From Gammaproteobacteria bacterium (GTDB lineage: Bacteria > Pseudomonadota > Gammaproteobacteria > Eutrophobiales > Eutrophobiaceae), in NCBI GenBank assembly GCA_965222155.1, contig CBDCTH010000004.1:192001-256000 (forward strand): a DNA stretch of 64,000 nt. Direction: 5' to 3'. The position numbers and the translations under genes were made by a program. The notes under the pieces are model-generated. The model had not been told where the DNA came from. It saw nothing but the letters and a program-made list of their open reading frames with translations, and did not search any database. Shown here one piece after another: positions 9,838 to 21,326 of this stretch; the first letter of the stretch is position 1; the number at the start of each line of letters is the position of its first letter.

Positions 9838-10377
9838 ATGCCTGACTTCCTGCTTCCGAAAGGGAATATCATTTCGACAGAGGATGTTGACGAGAAAGAA
9901 CAGCTTGAATACTGGATAGATATGATCTGCGATGAGTTCGTGCAACTGGATTGCATCACCGGGCAGCGCAAGGACTTCAAGGGAAAACTCCGTGGCACTG
10001 AGTTCGACAAGATACGGGTCTCGGAAGTCAGTGCCGACCCGCAGGATGTCATCCGTTCCAGGAAACAGATCGAGATCAATATCCGCCACCCGCAACTCAG
10101 TCCGGCTTTGATAGCCAGACACCACCATATCAGTGAACGGTACCAGCGCATGTTATTTGCCTCGACCGGCACCACGGTTTCCCGGTATATCCTGGAACAA
10201 CGTCTGGCGTTATGCCGTGAGGCCCTGGAGAACAAGTCACTCCGTGATTACAGTATCACGCAGATCGCCTTCAGCTACGGCTTCAATGATGCCGCGCATT
10301 TCAGCCGCAAGTTCAAGGAGCGGTACGGCGCGCCCCCGAAAGAATATCGAGACGATATAGTCAGGCTATCCCCTTAG
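9838..10377 (+). pseudogene. AraC (FeaR/NitR-like) regulator with in-frame internal deletion
   Basis: Start of the ligand-binding domain is joined directly to the HTH domain (ITQIAFSYGFNDAAHFSRKFK); only 179 aa. Confidence 0.7.
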
Positions 10378-10492
10378 ATGTGTTCACTGCCAACTTCTTT
10401 TTCAGATTGTCCCCCTTATACTCAACGAGAACACCCGTTTAGCTAAATATGCTAGTATACGTATAATTGTATAACTGAAAAGGATAGCCAAA

Positions 10493-10849
10493 ATGAAACG
10501 TGTCATATGGATAGGTTCATCACGTAAAGACCTGAAAGGTTTTCCGATTCCTGTACGGCGTGATATAGGTCAAGCTCTTTATACAGCGTAGCAGGGAGAG
10601 ACAGACCCGACAGCCAAATCGTTTAAGGGGTTCAGCGGTGCAAGTGTGATGGAGATTGTCGAGCGTTATAATACGAATACATATCGGGCTGTTTATACAA
10701 CAAAATTTGCAAGGACACTTTATATACTGCACGCTTTTCAAAAGAAATCAAAACAGGGTATTAAAACGACGAAACAGGATATCACTCTGATTAAGCAACG
10801 ATTGGCGCTGGCTCAGAAACATGCCATAGTAAAAGTAGGATTAAATTGA
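10493..10849 (+). pseudogene. RelE/HigB (Gp49-like) toxin with premature TAG
   Basis: MKRVIWIGSSRKDLKGFP...YTA*QGETD...YILHAFQKKSKQGIKT; in-frame stop at 10589-10591. Confidence 0.9.
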
Positions 10850-10850
10850 T

Positions 10851-11189
10851 ATGAACAAGAAAGACAATGGTTCCGTAGAGGAAAGTAGTGGTAATATCTT
10901 TGCCGATACTGGCTTGCAACAACCTGATCAGGAACTGCTTAAGGCCAAGTTGACGCTCCAAATCTATCGTCTCATCAAAAGTCGCGATCTGACACAGATG
11001 CAAGCCGGTGAAATTCTGGGCGTCAAACAGCCTCATGTGTCGGCGCTGATGCGCAACCGTTCAGGGAATTTTTCTGTTGGACGGTTGATGGATTTTCTTA
11101 CTATCCTAGGTCAGGACGTTGAAATTAATGTCAAGCCGGCAGCGAAACGCAAGAAGCATGGTGAAGTATTAGTCCATGTTCAGGGGTGA
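10851..11189 (+). CDS. HigA-like XRE antitoxin
   Basis: SSGNIFADTG, LTQMQAGEILGVKQPHVSAL HTH; downstream of the toxin. Confidence 0.9.
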   Translation: MNKKDNGSVEESSGNIFADTGLQQPDQELLKAKLTLQIYRLIKSRDLTQMQAGEILGVKQPHVSALMRNRSGNFSVGRLMDFLTILGQDVEINVKPAAKRKKHGEVLVHVQG

Positions 11190-11236
11190 GGACGGTTCGT
11201 GGATTTTCTTACTATCCTGAATCAGGACGTTGTGAG

Positions 11237-12682
<1,446 letters not shown>

Positions 12683-12703
12683 ATCCTCACTACTCTTGCC
12701 GTG

Positions 12704-14431
12704 CTATACCCTGTTTTTGTCGTATTCGGGACGCAAGCCCGTGCCGTAACGGCGCAGGGCGCCGGCGTCACTGACCGCGTTGGGTCGTTGAAATATCCAG
12801 TTTTGCCAGGCGGTGAGTCGGCCGAAAATCTTGGTCTCCATGGTTTCCGGCCCGGCAAAGCGTAGATTGGCTTCCATCCCCACCAGGGCATCGGGAGAAA
12901 AACTGGCCCGTTCTTCCAGCAGCATTCTGATCTCGTCCTCCCAGTCGATGTCATCGGGTGTAAAGGTCACCAGCCCCAGCTCCGAGGCCCGCGCCGAGTC
13001 AATATTTTGACCGATAAATTTCCTGGTAGTTTCAACACTGTCCGGCTCGCCGAGGAAACGGGTTTGCAGGCGCGTCAAGCCGTTTGCCATCGGCAGGGGG
13101 CCGAAGTTGCTTTCTGTCAGGATGATGGCGGCAGGCGACGTGTCATCGTCCTCAAACTGTCCATCCAGCATATAACTGCGATCCACGGCAAACAGAAACT
13201 CGGCCAGGAAGCCGGCAAAACAACTGCCGGGCTCTATCAAAGCAAAACTGGTGCGGGAAGTCATATCAAGCCGTTTCAGTGTGCGCTTCCAGTAGAGGAT
13301 GATTTCCCGTATCAACCAGTCGTCCTTGTGGCGCTGCAAAAACTCGTCATAGACTTTGACGGACTCGACTGCGCCCGCGCTTGTGATAATGATGGTGCCG
13401 ATGGTCGGTTCGTTTAAGCGCAGGTGCAACAAGGCATCGTCCAGTTGCCGGACCAGGGTCAGGGGCCAGAATTGGTCTCCCCTTTCAACCACATCTGCCG
13501 TAGCGTCGGGCGCTTCGGTCCCAGGCCCTTTGATCAGCAGGGTAACATTGCGGTTTTTCCTGTCTATGGTCAGGTTCAACCAGTCGTATTCGATGCTGTC
13601 CGCCTTGATTGTCCTTGATAACGGTGTCAATTGCACTCCCCTGGCCGTGTCGGGACGATCAGACGTCAGGCTCATTTCCCGGGCCCGTTCAGTCACTCTC
13701 TGTGCAAATCCAGAACTGGGCGCGGTTTCATCCACCAGGCGCCAATCGACTGCGCGTTGGCCTTTAACGCCTTCCTCTACGGTACAGAATACATCTGCCA
13801 GGTCCCGGCGCACCTTGCGTTTATCGACGATCCGCGTGAGTCCACCGGTGCCGGGCAGTACCGCAAGCAGCGGGATTTCCGGCAGCGACACGGCGGCATT
13901 GCCGTCATCGATCAGGATCAGGTAATCCATGGCCAGCGCCAGTTCATAACCGCCGCCGGCAGCGGTCCCGTTCAATGCGCACAGGTAGCGCTGGCCGGAG
14001 AATTCCCCGGCGTCCTCAATGGCGTTGCGGGTCTCATTGGTAAATTTGCAGAAATTCACCTTATGGCCATGGGACGCCCCCGCCAGCATGCGGATATTGG
14101 CGCCGGCGCAGAACATGGTGGGCTTATTGGAACTGACCACCACGGTTTTCACTTCCGGGTGTTCAAAACGCAGCCGCTGAATGGCATCGTAAAGCTCGAT
14201 ATCCACGCCGATATCGTAAGAATTCAGTTTCAGTTCATAACCGGGGAACACTGCGCCGTCTTCGTCCACGTCCATGTCCAGGTTGGCGACAGCACCGGAG
14301 GTCGTCAGCTTCCAGTGGCGGTAGCTATCAGGATGAGTCTGGAAATCCAGCCGCAGCGCGTCCGTTGAAAGCGCTAACGCCGGTCTGTTATCGTCGACTT
14401 GTTCCGGGTTGAGCACGGTTATTGCCGCCAC
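12704..14431 (-). CDS. boxC: 2,3-epoxybenzoyl-CoA dihydrolase BoxC
   Basis: YRHWKL, LKLNSYDIGVDIEL, KVNFCKFTNETRN, RLTAWQNWIFQRPNAV. Confidence 0.97.
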   Translation of the reverse strand: MAAITVLNPEQVDDNRPALALSTDALRLDFQTHPDSYRHWKLTTSGAVANLDMDVDEDGAVFPGYELKLNSYDIGVDIELYDAIQRLRFEHPEVKTVVVSSNKPTMFCAGANIRMLAGASHGHKVNFCKFTNETRNAIEDAGEFSGQRYLCALNGTAAGGGYELALAMDYLILIDDGNAAVSLPEIPLLAVLPGTGGLTRIVDKRKVRRDLADVFCTVEEGVKGQRAVDWRLVDETAPSSGFAQRVTERAREMSLTSDRPDTARGVQLTPLSRTIKADSIEYDWLNLTIDRKNRNVTLLIKGPGTEAPDATADVVERGDQFWPLTLVRQLDDALLHLRLNEPTIGTIIITSAGAVESVKVYDEFLQRHKDDWLIREIILYWKRTLKRLDMTSRTSFALIEPGSCFAGFLAEFLFAVDRSYMLDGQFEDDDTSPAAIILTESNFGPLPMANGLTRLQTRFLGEPDSVETTRKFIGQNIDSARASELGLVTFTPDDIDWEDEIRMLLEERASFSPDALVGMEANLRFAGPETMETKIFGRLTAWQNWIFQRPNAVSDAGALRRYGTGLRPEYDKNRV

Positions 14432-16131
14432 CAGTTGTCAGCAAATTCATTGACTTCCCGCGCGTGGAAGCGCGCCACGCGGTTACTGGGCGCCAGGGCC
14501 TCCTTGTAGAAGAATTCGGGTAATTCGTCATCTTCCTCCGTGAAGCCAGCAGCCCGGTTGAATTCTCTCTCCAGCCTTAATGTTTCCCGGCCCAGTTCAT
14601 TGAAAAAGGATGTATGGAGATCAGTGCCGACTGCGGCGTTTATCGCTGCTGTGATCGTATCCAGTTCGGCGCTGGTAACGGTACGGCCAAAAATACAGAA
14701 TCCCAATGAATCTGTGGCTGCGCACAGCACCTGGGCAGCATGGCTGGCCGCGGCAATCTCATCAATGGTTTTGTCAGCGGTTTCCATCTTGGGGACGTTC
14801 CCCGCCGTATGGTCCGCGCCCTGGGCCGTGACCATCATGGTAATTCCTGTCGCCTCGACCACCCGCGGGTCATACGCACTGATGGCCTGCCGTTTGATGA
14901 CCGGCACCCGCTCAACCCGGTAATGCTCACCGACAAAGGCCGTGCCCCGGGCCCACAGACGTCCTTGCTCCGTGCCGTTGCGGATCTGTTCCAGTACACC
15001 GGCGATAAACCCGGCGTCACCGAATTGGCCCACTCCGGCCTCCATCAGCACACCTACCATGGCGCCGGTCTCAATGGTATCTATACCCAGGTCGTTGGCT
15101 ATGGCGTTCAAGCTTGCCAGGTCGTCGGGCTCCTTGATGCCGCAGTTGGTCCCCAGCAGGCCCAGTGTTTCATACTCAATGGGCGATGCAATCTCATTGC
15201 CGTCGGCGTCGGCGTAGACGTTACTGCAGCGGATCAGACAACCGGGCATACAGGCATGGGACGGATCTCCGCCCCGGGCGATATTCTGCTCGCGGATGAA
15301 GTCGCCGCCCATCTTCATGGTTTCCTGGTTGGTATCCACCAGGCGTCCTGCGGAAAAATTACGCACCGGCAGACCACCTACATGATTCATGTAATCCGCC
15401 ATCATGGCCGTGCCGAAACGTTTGTAGCTGTCTATCATCTGGTCTTCATCGAGTTTTTCGGCATAGTAGCGCACCGCGCCGATGACTTTTTTCCGTTCAT
15501 GCAATTGCGGCATCCGGTTCAGGTCGGCGACGATGGCCTTCACTTTTTTACTGCCCATGACAGCCCCGATGCCGCCTCGAGCCGCCAGCCTGGCGGGGCG
15601 CCGATCGGTATCGCTGATGGCGATACCGGCGAGCAGCCCCTGGTATTCACCGACCGGACCGCACAGGGCGAGACTGACCTTCTTCCCGTATTTTTCATGC
15701 AGCAGTGCGGCCGTCTCGAAATTGCCTTTACCCATGAAACCCGCGGCTGAGTCGAAGCTGCAGCTACCGTCTTTTCTGAGATGAATAATCAACCAGTCAT
15801 CTGCTGCGCCGTGCAGGGTGAATCCAGACAGGTGCAGTTGGCCCAGCGCCACACCGAACGTGCCGCCGGCATTGGCTTCCTTGATACCGCCCGTCAACGG
15901 GCTCTTGCAACCGACACTGGTGCGGTTGGCATTGGAGAAGTTGGTGCCGGCAAAGGGACCGGCGGAAAAAATCAACGGGTTGTCCGGTGACAGTGGGTCG
16001 ACACCTGCAATGTTCTCTTGCACCAGGGTTTTGGCGATGAGGTAGCGACCGACGCGTACCAGTTCTTCTCCATCCTGCTCGATGGATTCCACTGTCTTGT
16101 TTTTCAAATCAATATGAAGATAGTTACGCAT
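14419..16131 (-). CDS. Aldehyde:ferredoxin oxidoreductase family (tungstopterin)
   Basis: KSPLTGGIKEANAGG, AARGGIGAVMGSKKVKAI, CMPGCLIRC, EYET, DTIETG, late Cys (GFCIF). Confidence 0.92.
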   Translation of the reverse strand: MRNYLHIDLKNKTVESIEQDGEELVRVGRYLIAKTLVQENIAGVDPLSPDNPLIFSAGPFAGTNFSNANRTSVGCKSPLTGGIKEANAGGTFGVALGQLHLSGFTLHGAADDWLIIHLRKDGSCSFDSAAGFMGKGNFETAALLHEKYGKKVSLALCGPVGEYQGLLAGIAISDTDRRPARLAARGGIGAVMGSKKVKAIVADLNRMPQLHERKKVIGAVRYYAEKLDEDQMIDSYKRFGTAMMADYMNHVGGLPVRNFSAGRLVDTNQETMKMGGDFIREQNIARGGDPSHACMPGCLIRCSNVYADADGNEIASPIEYETLGLLGTNCGIKEPDDLASLNAIANDLGIDTIETGAMVGVLMEAGVGQFGDAGFIAGVLEQIRNGTEQGRLWARGTAFVGEHYRVERVPVIKRQAISAYDPRVVEATGITMMVTAQGADHTAGNVPKMETADKTIDEIAAASHAAQVLCAATDSLGFCIFGRTVTSAELDTITAAINAAVGTDLHTSFFNELGRETLRLEREFNRAAGFTEEDDELPEFFYKEALAPSNRVARFHAREVNEFADNWWRQ

Positions 16132-16170
16132 ATTTAGTCAGCCCTGAAAAAATAATCATTCATTATAGTT

Positions 16171-17685
16171 CTAAATGTTCCGCCAGTCGCAGGACTGTTC
16201 AAAACCGTGGGCAGCCCGATAGATGTTCGGCTCGTCAAAGTGTTTGCCTACCAGCATCATGCCGACAGGCAAGCCGTTGCGCAGGCCACAAGGCAGCGAC
16301 AAGGCAGGGTGGCCGGTGATATCGAACTGGCAGGTATTCAGAACAGTATTAAATGCGAGGAATACAATGTTTTCGATAGCAGGGTCAGAGGCGGATCCCG
16401 GATTCTTTTGCGGCTGCATCAACGTCGTCGGCATCAGTAACAGGTCATATTTCTGCAGGACATCGTTATAGGCCTTGGTCAGTTTCGGTAACTGGTTTTT
16501 TGCTTTTGCGTAGTAGCTGCCCTGGTATTTCTCCAGGTATTTGCCGAGCATCAGGACCAGGTGCAGGTTGACGGGGAACTGGTCGAATTTGTCCTGCCAA
16601 CCGGTCAGGACATTCTGCAGTGCCGGTGAGTTAATAGCGCTGGTGTTCATGGCAAGACCGTTATGACGCATGGTATGCCAAAGCCCGTCAGTGATAATGC
16701 TGCCCCATAAAGGGACGCCATCCAGGTGCATGGGGATGGAGACTTCATCCACTTTGGTGCCCATATCGGCGAATTTACCCGCTGCATCAAGCACGCAACG
16801 GTCAACATCCGCATCCGACAGGGGGTGGCCAAAGCCTTCCTTGACCACAGCGATTTTCATTCCATCAAGATCCTCTCCGAGCGCCCAGGAATATTTGAAC
16901 ATGCGTAATTGGCGTTGCCGGCTGTCCATTCCGTCGTAACCTGCCAGGACTTCAAGCAGCACAGCGTTGTCGGTTACGTTTGCCGTCATCGGGCCCACAT
17001 GGTCCAGCATGGCCTCCATGCCCATGATGCCCGTGTAAGGGACCAGACCATGGGTCGGTTTCAAACCGTAGACGCCGCAGAAACTTGACGGTATACGCAC
17101 TGAACCGGCCTGGTCGCAGCCCAGGGCCATATCCACGTCGCCGTTGGCCACCAGGGCGGCGCTGCCTGATGAAGAACCGCCGGCAGAATAGTCGTGATTA
17201 TGTGGGTTGCTGACAACACCGGAACTGGCTGTGGCGCTGCCGCCGGAGACACAGAGAAATTCACAGACTGCCTTGCCGGTAATTTCTGCGCCGGCATCCA
17301 GCAGCCGGGTAACGACCGTAGCATCGAAATCCGGGATAAACCCTTCCAGTATCGAAGCACCGTTCATCATGGGAATGTCGGCGACAAAGATATTATCCTT
17401 GAGGGCAACCGTCCTGCCTTTGAGCGGCCCCGTATCCCGGCCTTTCAGGTCGGTTCTGACGTACCATGCGCCCAGTGGGTTTTCCTCCGCAGTCGGCGGC
17501 CGATGATTCCTTTGCGGGTAACTGATTTCCGGCAGGTGATCTTCCAGTTGATCCATGCGTTGATAAGCACCGCCAAACATTGCCAGTTGTTCGAGCATGG
17601 TTTCCGCCAGGGTGTCATCTACCGATAATCCCATGGATTCGGCAATGGTTTTCAATTCATCCCTGTCAGGCAGTTTGAATGTCAT
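16171..17685 (-). CDS. Amidase (amidase-signature family)
   Basis: LKDN, GGSSSGSAA, DQAGSVRIPSSFCGVYGLKPT. Confidence 0.95.
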   Translation of the reverse strand: MTFKLPDRDELKTIAESMGLSVDDTLAETMLEQLAMFGGAYQRMDQLEDHLPEISYPQRNHRPPTAEENPLGAWYVRTDLKGRDTGPLKGRTVALKDNIFVADIPMMNGASILEGFIPDFDATVVTRLLDAGAEITGKAVCEFLCVSGGSATASSGVVSNPHNHDYSAGGSSSGSAALVANGDVDMALGCDQAGSVRIPSSFCGVYGLKPTHGLVPYTGIMGMEAMLDHVGPMTANVTDNAVLLEVLAGYDGMDSRQRQLRMFKYSWALGEDLDGMKIAVVKEGFGHPLSDADVDRCVLDAAGKFADMGTKVDEVSIPMHLDGVPLWGSIITDGLWHTMRHNGLAMNTSAINSPALQNVLTGWQDKFDQFPVNLHLVLMLGKYLEKYQGSYYAKAKNQLPKLTKAYNDVLQKYDLLLMPTTLMQPQKNPGSASDPAIENIVFLAFNTVLNTCQFDITGHPALSLPCGLRNGLPVGMMLVGKHFDEPNIYRAAHGFEQSCDWRNI

Positions 17686-17747
17686 CGGTCCAGTGCTCCG
17701 TTACCACGGTGAGGGGTTGGAATAAGTAAACCTTAACCACTTCAGTA

Positions 17748-18224
17748 TTACTTATCAAGAGCTTTTGCCGCGCTGTCCATGCCCGAGAATTTCAGTAACA
17801 AACGCAGAAATTCCCGCCGTTCTTTTGTACCGAGGCGAGCCGTCATATCCTGCTCATGGGTAATGATCTTCTCCAGTATCGTTTCCAGGAAAGTCTTACC
17901 GGATGACGACAAGGTCAACGCATAGCTGCGTTTGTCTGAATGGGAAGGATGCCGTTCCACCCAGGATTTGGCCTCCATATCGGTAATAATTTGACCCAGG
18001 GTAGCCCGTTCCACACCAATTGCCCGGGCCAAGGCGGCCTGACTGATAGCGGGATTGTTCCGTATCAGGATGAGAATACCGGCCTGGCCCGGCGTGATTC
18101 CCATTTTTCCGACGGTTTTCCGGAAATGATTAAAAACCAGGAGTTGCGCCTGCCGCACCTGGAAGCCGATTAACCCGTTAAGAGTGGAGAAATCAACGCT
18201 GTATTCAGTTGTGTTTTTACGCAT
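17748..18224 (-). CDS. MarR family regulator
   Basis: ISQAALARAIGVERATL, DKRSYALTLS. Confidence 0.93.
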   Translation of the reverse strand: MRKNTTEYSVDFSTLNGLIGFQVRQAQLLVFNHFRKTVGKMGITPGQAGILILIRNNPAISQAALARAIGVERATLGQIITDMEAKSWVERHPSHSDKRSYALTLSSSGKTFLETILEKIITHEQDMTARLGTKERREFLRLLLKFSGMDSAAKALDK

Positions 18225-18243
18225 AGCTTTTATTATACTAGAA

Positions 18244-18260
18244 TGTAAGGTATCCTTACA
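18244..18260. promoter_or_regulatory. Putative MarR operator between divergent marR and hcrC
   Basis: Inverted repeat TGTAAGG-tat-CCTTACA. Confidence 0.6.
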
Positions 18261-18306
18261 ATATTAATTGTCAATCACACAGTGTGAATCTGTTTGAGGA
18301 TGAATC

Positions 18307-18843
18307 ATGAACCGCGTCACAACGCTTAAACGGGATACACAGGATAACGCCCACATCAGTTGTCAGGTCAACGGCGAGTGGCTACAGGTCTCGGTAGCGC
18401 CTTATAAAACGTTGCTGGAGATGCTGCGGGAAGACCTGCAACTGACCGGCACCAAGCACGGTTGCGAACTGGGTGAATGCGGCGCCTGCGCAGTGCTGGT
18501 TGACGGCGAACCCATCCTTTCCTGCCTGTCACTGGCGCTGGATGCGGAAGGTTGCGCCATCGACACTATAGAAGGCATGACCGAGGACGCGCAATTGCAT
18601 CCGTTACAATCGGCTTTTGCTGACCTCGGCGGGGCGCAATGCGGTTATTGCACCCCAGCCATCCTGCTCACTTCCAAAGCCCTGCTGGACCGGCATCCCA
18701 ATCCCGATCGGGAACAGATCCGGGAAGCCCTGTCCGGCAACCTGTGCCGTTGCACCGGCTACCAACAGATCTTCGAAGCTGTGGAAGAGGCGATCCTGCG
18801 CGTCAACCAGTCACGGAGACAAATTACGGATAACGTCGGCTGA
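18307..18843 (+). CDS. hcrC: [2Fe-2S] subunit, HcrC-like
   Basis: GTKHGCELGECGACAVL, QCGYCTP, GNLCRCTGY. Confidence 0.85.
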   Translation: MNRVTTLKRDTQDNAHISCQVNGEWLQVSVAPYKTLLEMLREDLQLTGTKHGCELGECGACAVLVDGEPILSCLSLALDAEGCAIDTIEGMTEDAQLHPLQSAFADLGGAQCGYCTPAILLTSKALLDRHPNPDREQIREALSGNLCRCTGYQQIFEAVEEAILRVNQSRRQITDNVG

Positions 18844-21326
18844 TGGGTGAAAAAGACACATTCTCGATTATTGGCAAGCCGCGCAGGCGGGTAGACGGCG
18901 TCGACAAGGTGACCGGGCGCACCCGGTTTGCCGACGACATTATCCTGCCGCGTATGCTGCACTGTAAGCTGCTGCGCTCCCACGCCCCCCATGCCCTGAT
19001 CAGGTCAGTTGACGTCAGCAGGGCAGAACGGTATCCCGGGGTGAAGCTGGTATTGACCGGCAAGGATTTCCCCAATGAGTACGGCATCCTGCCGGTAAGC
19101 CAGGATGAACAACCGTTATGCAGGGAAAAGGTTCGTTTTGTGGGTGATCCCGTCGCCGCGGTCGTTGCCCGGGATGAGTTTGCCGCAGAACAGGCACTGC
19201 ACCTGATCAGGGTCGAATATGAGCCGCTGGGAACAATCTCTGACTCAGTCAGCGCCCTGAATAATCCCGCGGCCCGGCTGCATGACTACAGCGAAGAGGG
19301 GAACATCCATAAACGCCTCAGCTACGAATTTGGCAATGTCGAGGAAAGCCTGGCAAACAGCGCCCACGTGTTTGAAGATATCTTCTTCTTCGAAGGCAAT
19401 ACTCACCTGCCCCTGGAACAACATGCCGCAGTCGGCATGGCGGAAGCCGAGGGCCGGGTTACCCTGTGGTCGAGTACGCAATGTCCCCACTACGTACAGC
19501 GCGCGGTCGCCAAGGCCCTGGACCTGCCCATGGCGCATATCCGCGTCATCGCCACGCCCAACGGCGGTGGTTTCGGCGGCAAGACCGATCCGTTCAACCA
19601 TGAAATAGTCGTGGTGAAAGCCGCCATGATGTTGGGCCGCCCGGTCAAGATTTGCCTGAACCGCGAAGAAGTCTTTTATTGTCATCGCGGTCGCCATCCG
19701 GTACTGATGAAATTCAGGACCGGTGTCGACGAGAACGGCGCGTTAACCGGCATGCACTTACAAACCCTGCTGGACGGTGGCGCCTACGGTTCCTATGGCG
19801 TTGCCAGCACCTTCTATACAGCCGTGTTGCAACCCGTCACCTACCACCTGCCGCGCTATGCCTTTGACGCTTGCCGCATGTTCACCAACAAACCCCCCTG
19901 CGGTCCGAAACGGGGTCATGGAACGGTCCAGCCGCGTTTCGGCCAGGAAGTGCAGTTGGACAAGATAGCGGAAAAATTGAAAATCGATCCCGCCGAGTTT
20001 CGTCTCAATATCGTTGAGAAACCCGGCGCGCTGACAGCTAACTACCTGAAGATCGGCAGTATCGGTCTGGCGGAATGTATCCGCAGGGTGGTCGAGCGTT
20101 CCGGCTGGCAGGATAAATACGGGAAGTTGCCGGAAGGGAAGGGTGTGGGGCTGGCGTGCTCCAGTTACCTGACTGGCGCCGGCAACTCCATCTATTGGAA
20201 CGCCATGCCCCACTCCGGCGTGCAACTGAAACTGGACCGCAGCGGCAGGGTCACCGTGTTTTGCGGGGCCACGGAGGTCGGCCAGGGTTCCGACGACATG
20301 CTGGTCGCCACAATCGCGGAGATCCTGGGCATAGATCCTCTGGATATCCGTTGTGTCACCGGCGACACGGATTTAACCCCGGTGGACCTGGGCTCCTATT
20401 CCTCCCGCGTGACCCTGATGATGGGCAACGCCGCCATCCAGGCAGCGGAACGGGCTCGGGAGTTGATCGCACAGGCAGTGGCGCGGAAATTTGCTGCGGA
20501 TGTTGCATCCATCGTGTTTACCGAGGGTCGGGTCTGCAACAGCGGCCAGCCCGAACAAGTATTGTCATTTCAGCAGGCGGTGGTATGCGCGGAGGAGATT
20601 TACGGTTCCCTGGGAACCACGGGTTCCTATACACCGCCGCCGCCGCCGGGAAAATATAAAGGTGGGGGTGTCGGGCCGTCACCGGCTTATTCCTATACCG
20701 CAGCGGTGGTGGAAGTGGAAGTGGATGCGGCCAGCGGCTGGCTCAGCGTCTCCAAAGTCTGGATCGCCCATGACCTCGGACGCACCATGAACCCCGTGCT
20801 CGCCCGCGGCCAGGTGGAAGGCAGCGTCTACATGGGATTGGGCGAAGCCTTGATGGAGGAGTCTGCCTTTCGCAGGTTGCCTGCGCGCTTATCCGCGGCG
20901 CTGGTCCATCGCCAGCCGTCCATGCTGGAATACAAAAGTCCCACGTCCATGGATATGCCGGAAGTGATCACGGACTTGATTGAGCATCCTGACGACAATG
21001 GCCCGTTCGGCGCCAAGGAAGCGGGGCAGGGACCCCTGCTGCCGGTTATACCGGCGCTGGCCAATGCGGTATATGACGCCGTAGGGGTGCGTATTGATGA
21101 AGTGCCCATCACCGCCGAAAAGATACAGCGAGCCCTGGACGACAAAGCCCGGGGGGGCGCCGGCCGGGTAGGGCCGGACCGGTTCCCGGACATTGAGTGG
21201 CCGGAACCGTACCGGGTCCCACCGCCCTGGGAGGGAGGAGACGGCAACGCCGTCAATAAACCGCAGCGCAAGCGCGCCGCCAAGATGCACAGGATGGATG
21301 AATTCAAACAGGTTACCGCATCATGA
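18843..21326 (+). CDS. Molybdopterin subunit of a xanthine-oxidase-family enzyme, HcrA-like
   Basis: GGGFGGK, KRGHG, GSYSSRVT, AKEAGQG; lies between hcrC- and hcrB-like genes. Confidence 0.85.
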   Translation: MGEKDTFSIIGKPRRRVDGVDKVTGRTRFADDIILPRMLHCKLLRSHAPHALIRSVDVSRAERYPGVKLVLTGKDFPNEYGILPVSQDEQPLCREKVRFVGDPVAAVVARDEFAAEQALHLIRVEYEPLGTISDSVSALNNPAARLHDYSEEGNIHKRLSYEFGNVEESLANSAHVFEDIFFFEGNTHLPLEQHAAVGMAEAEGRVTLWSSTQCPHYVQRAVAKALDLPMAHIRVIATPNGGGFGGKTDPFNHEIVVVKAAMMLGRPVKICLNREEVFYCHRGRHPVLMKFRTGVDENGALTGMHLQTLLDGGAYGSYGVASTFYTAVLQPVTYHLPRYAFDACRMFTNKPPCGPKRGHGTVQPRFGQEVQLDKIAEKLKIDPAEFRLNIVEKPGALTANYLKIGSIGLAECIRRVVERSGWQDKYGKLPEGKGVGLACSSYLTGAGNSIYWNAMPHSGVQLKLDRSGRVTVFCGATEVGQGSDDMLVATIAEILGIDPLDIRCVTGDTDLTPVDLGSYSSRVTLMMGNAAIQAAERARELIAQAVARKFAADVASIVFTEGRVCNSGQPEQVLSFQQAVVCAEEIYGSLGTTGSYTPPPPPGKYKGGGVGPSPAYSYTAAVVEVEVDAASGWLSVSKVWIAHDLGRTMNPVLARGQVEGSVYMGLGEALMEESAFRRLPARLSAALVHRQPSMLEYKSPTSMDMPEVITDLIEHPDDNGPFGAKEAGQGPLLPVIPALANAVYDAVGVRIDEVPITAEKIQRALDDKARGGAGRVGPDRFPDIEWPEPYRVPPPWEGGDGNAVNKPQRKRAAKMHRMDEFKQVTAS

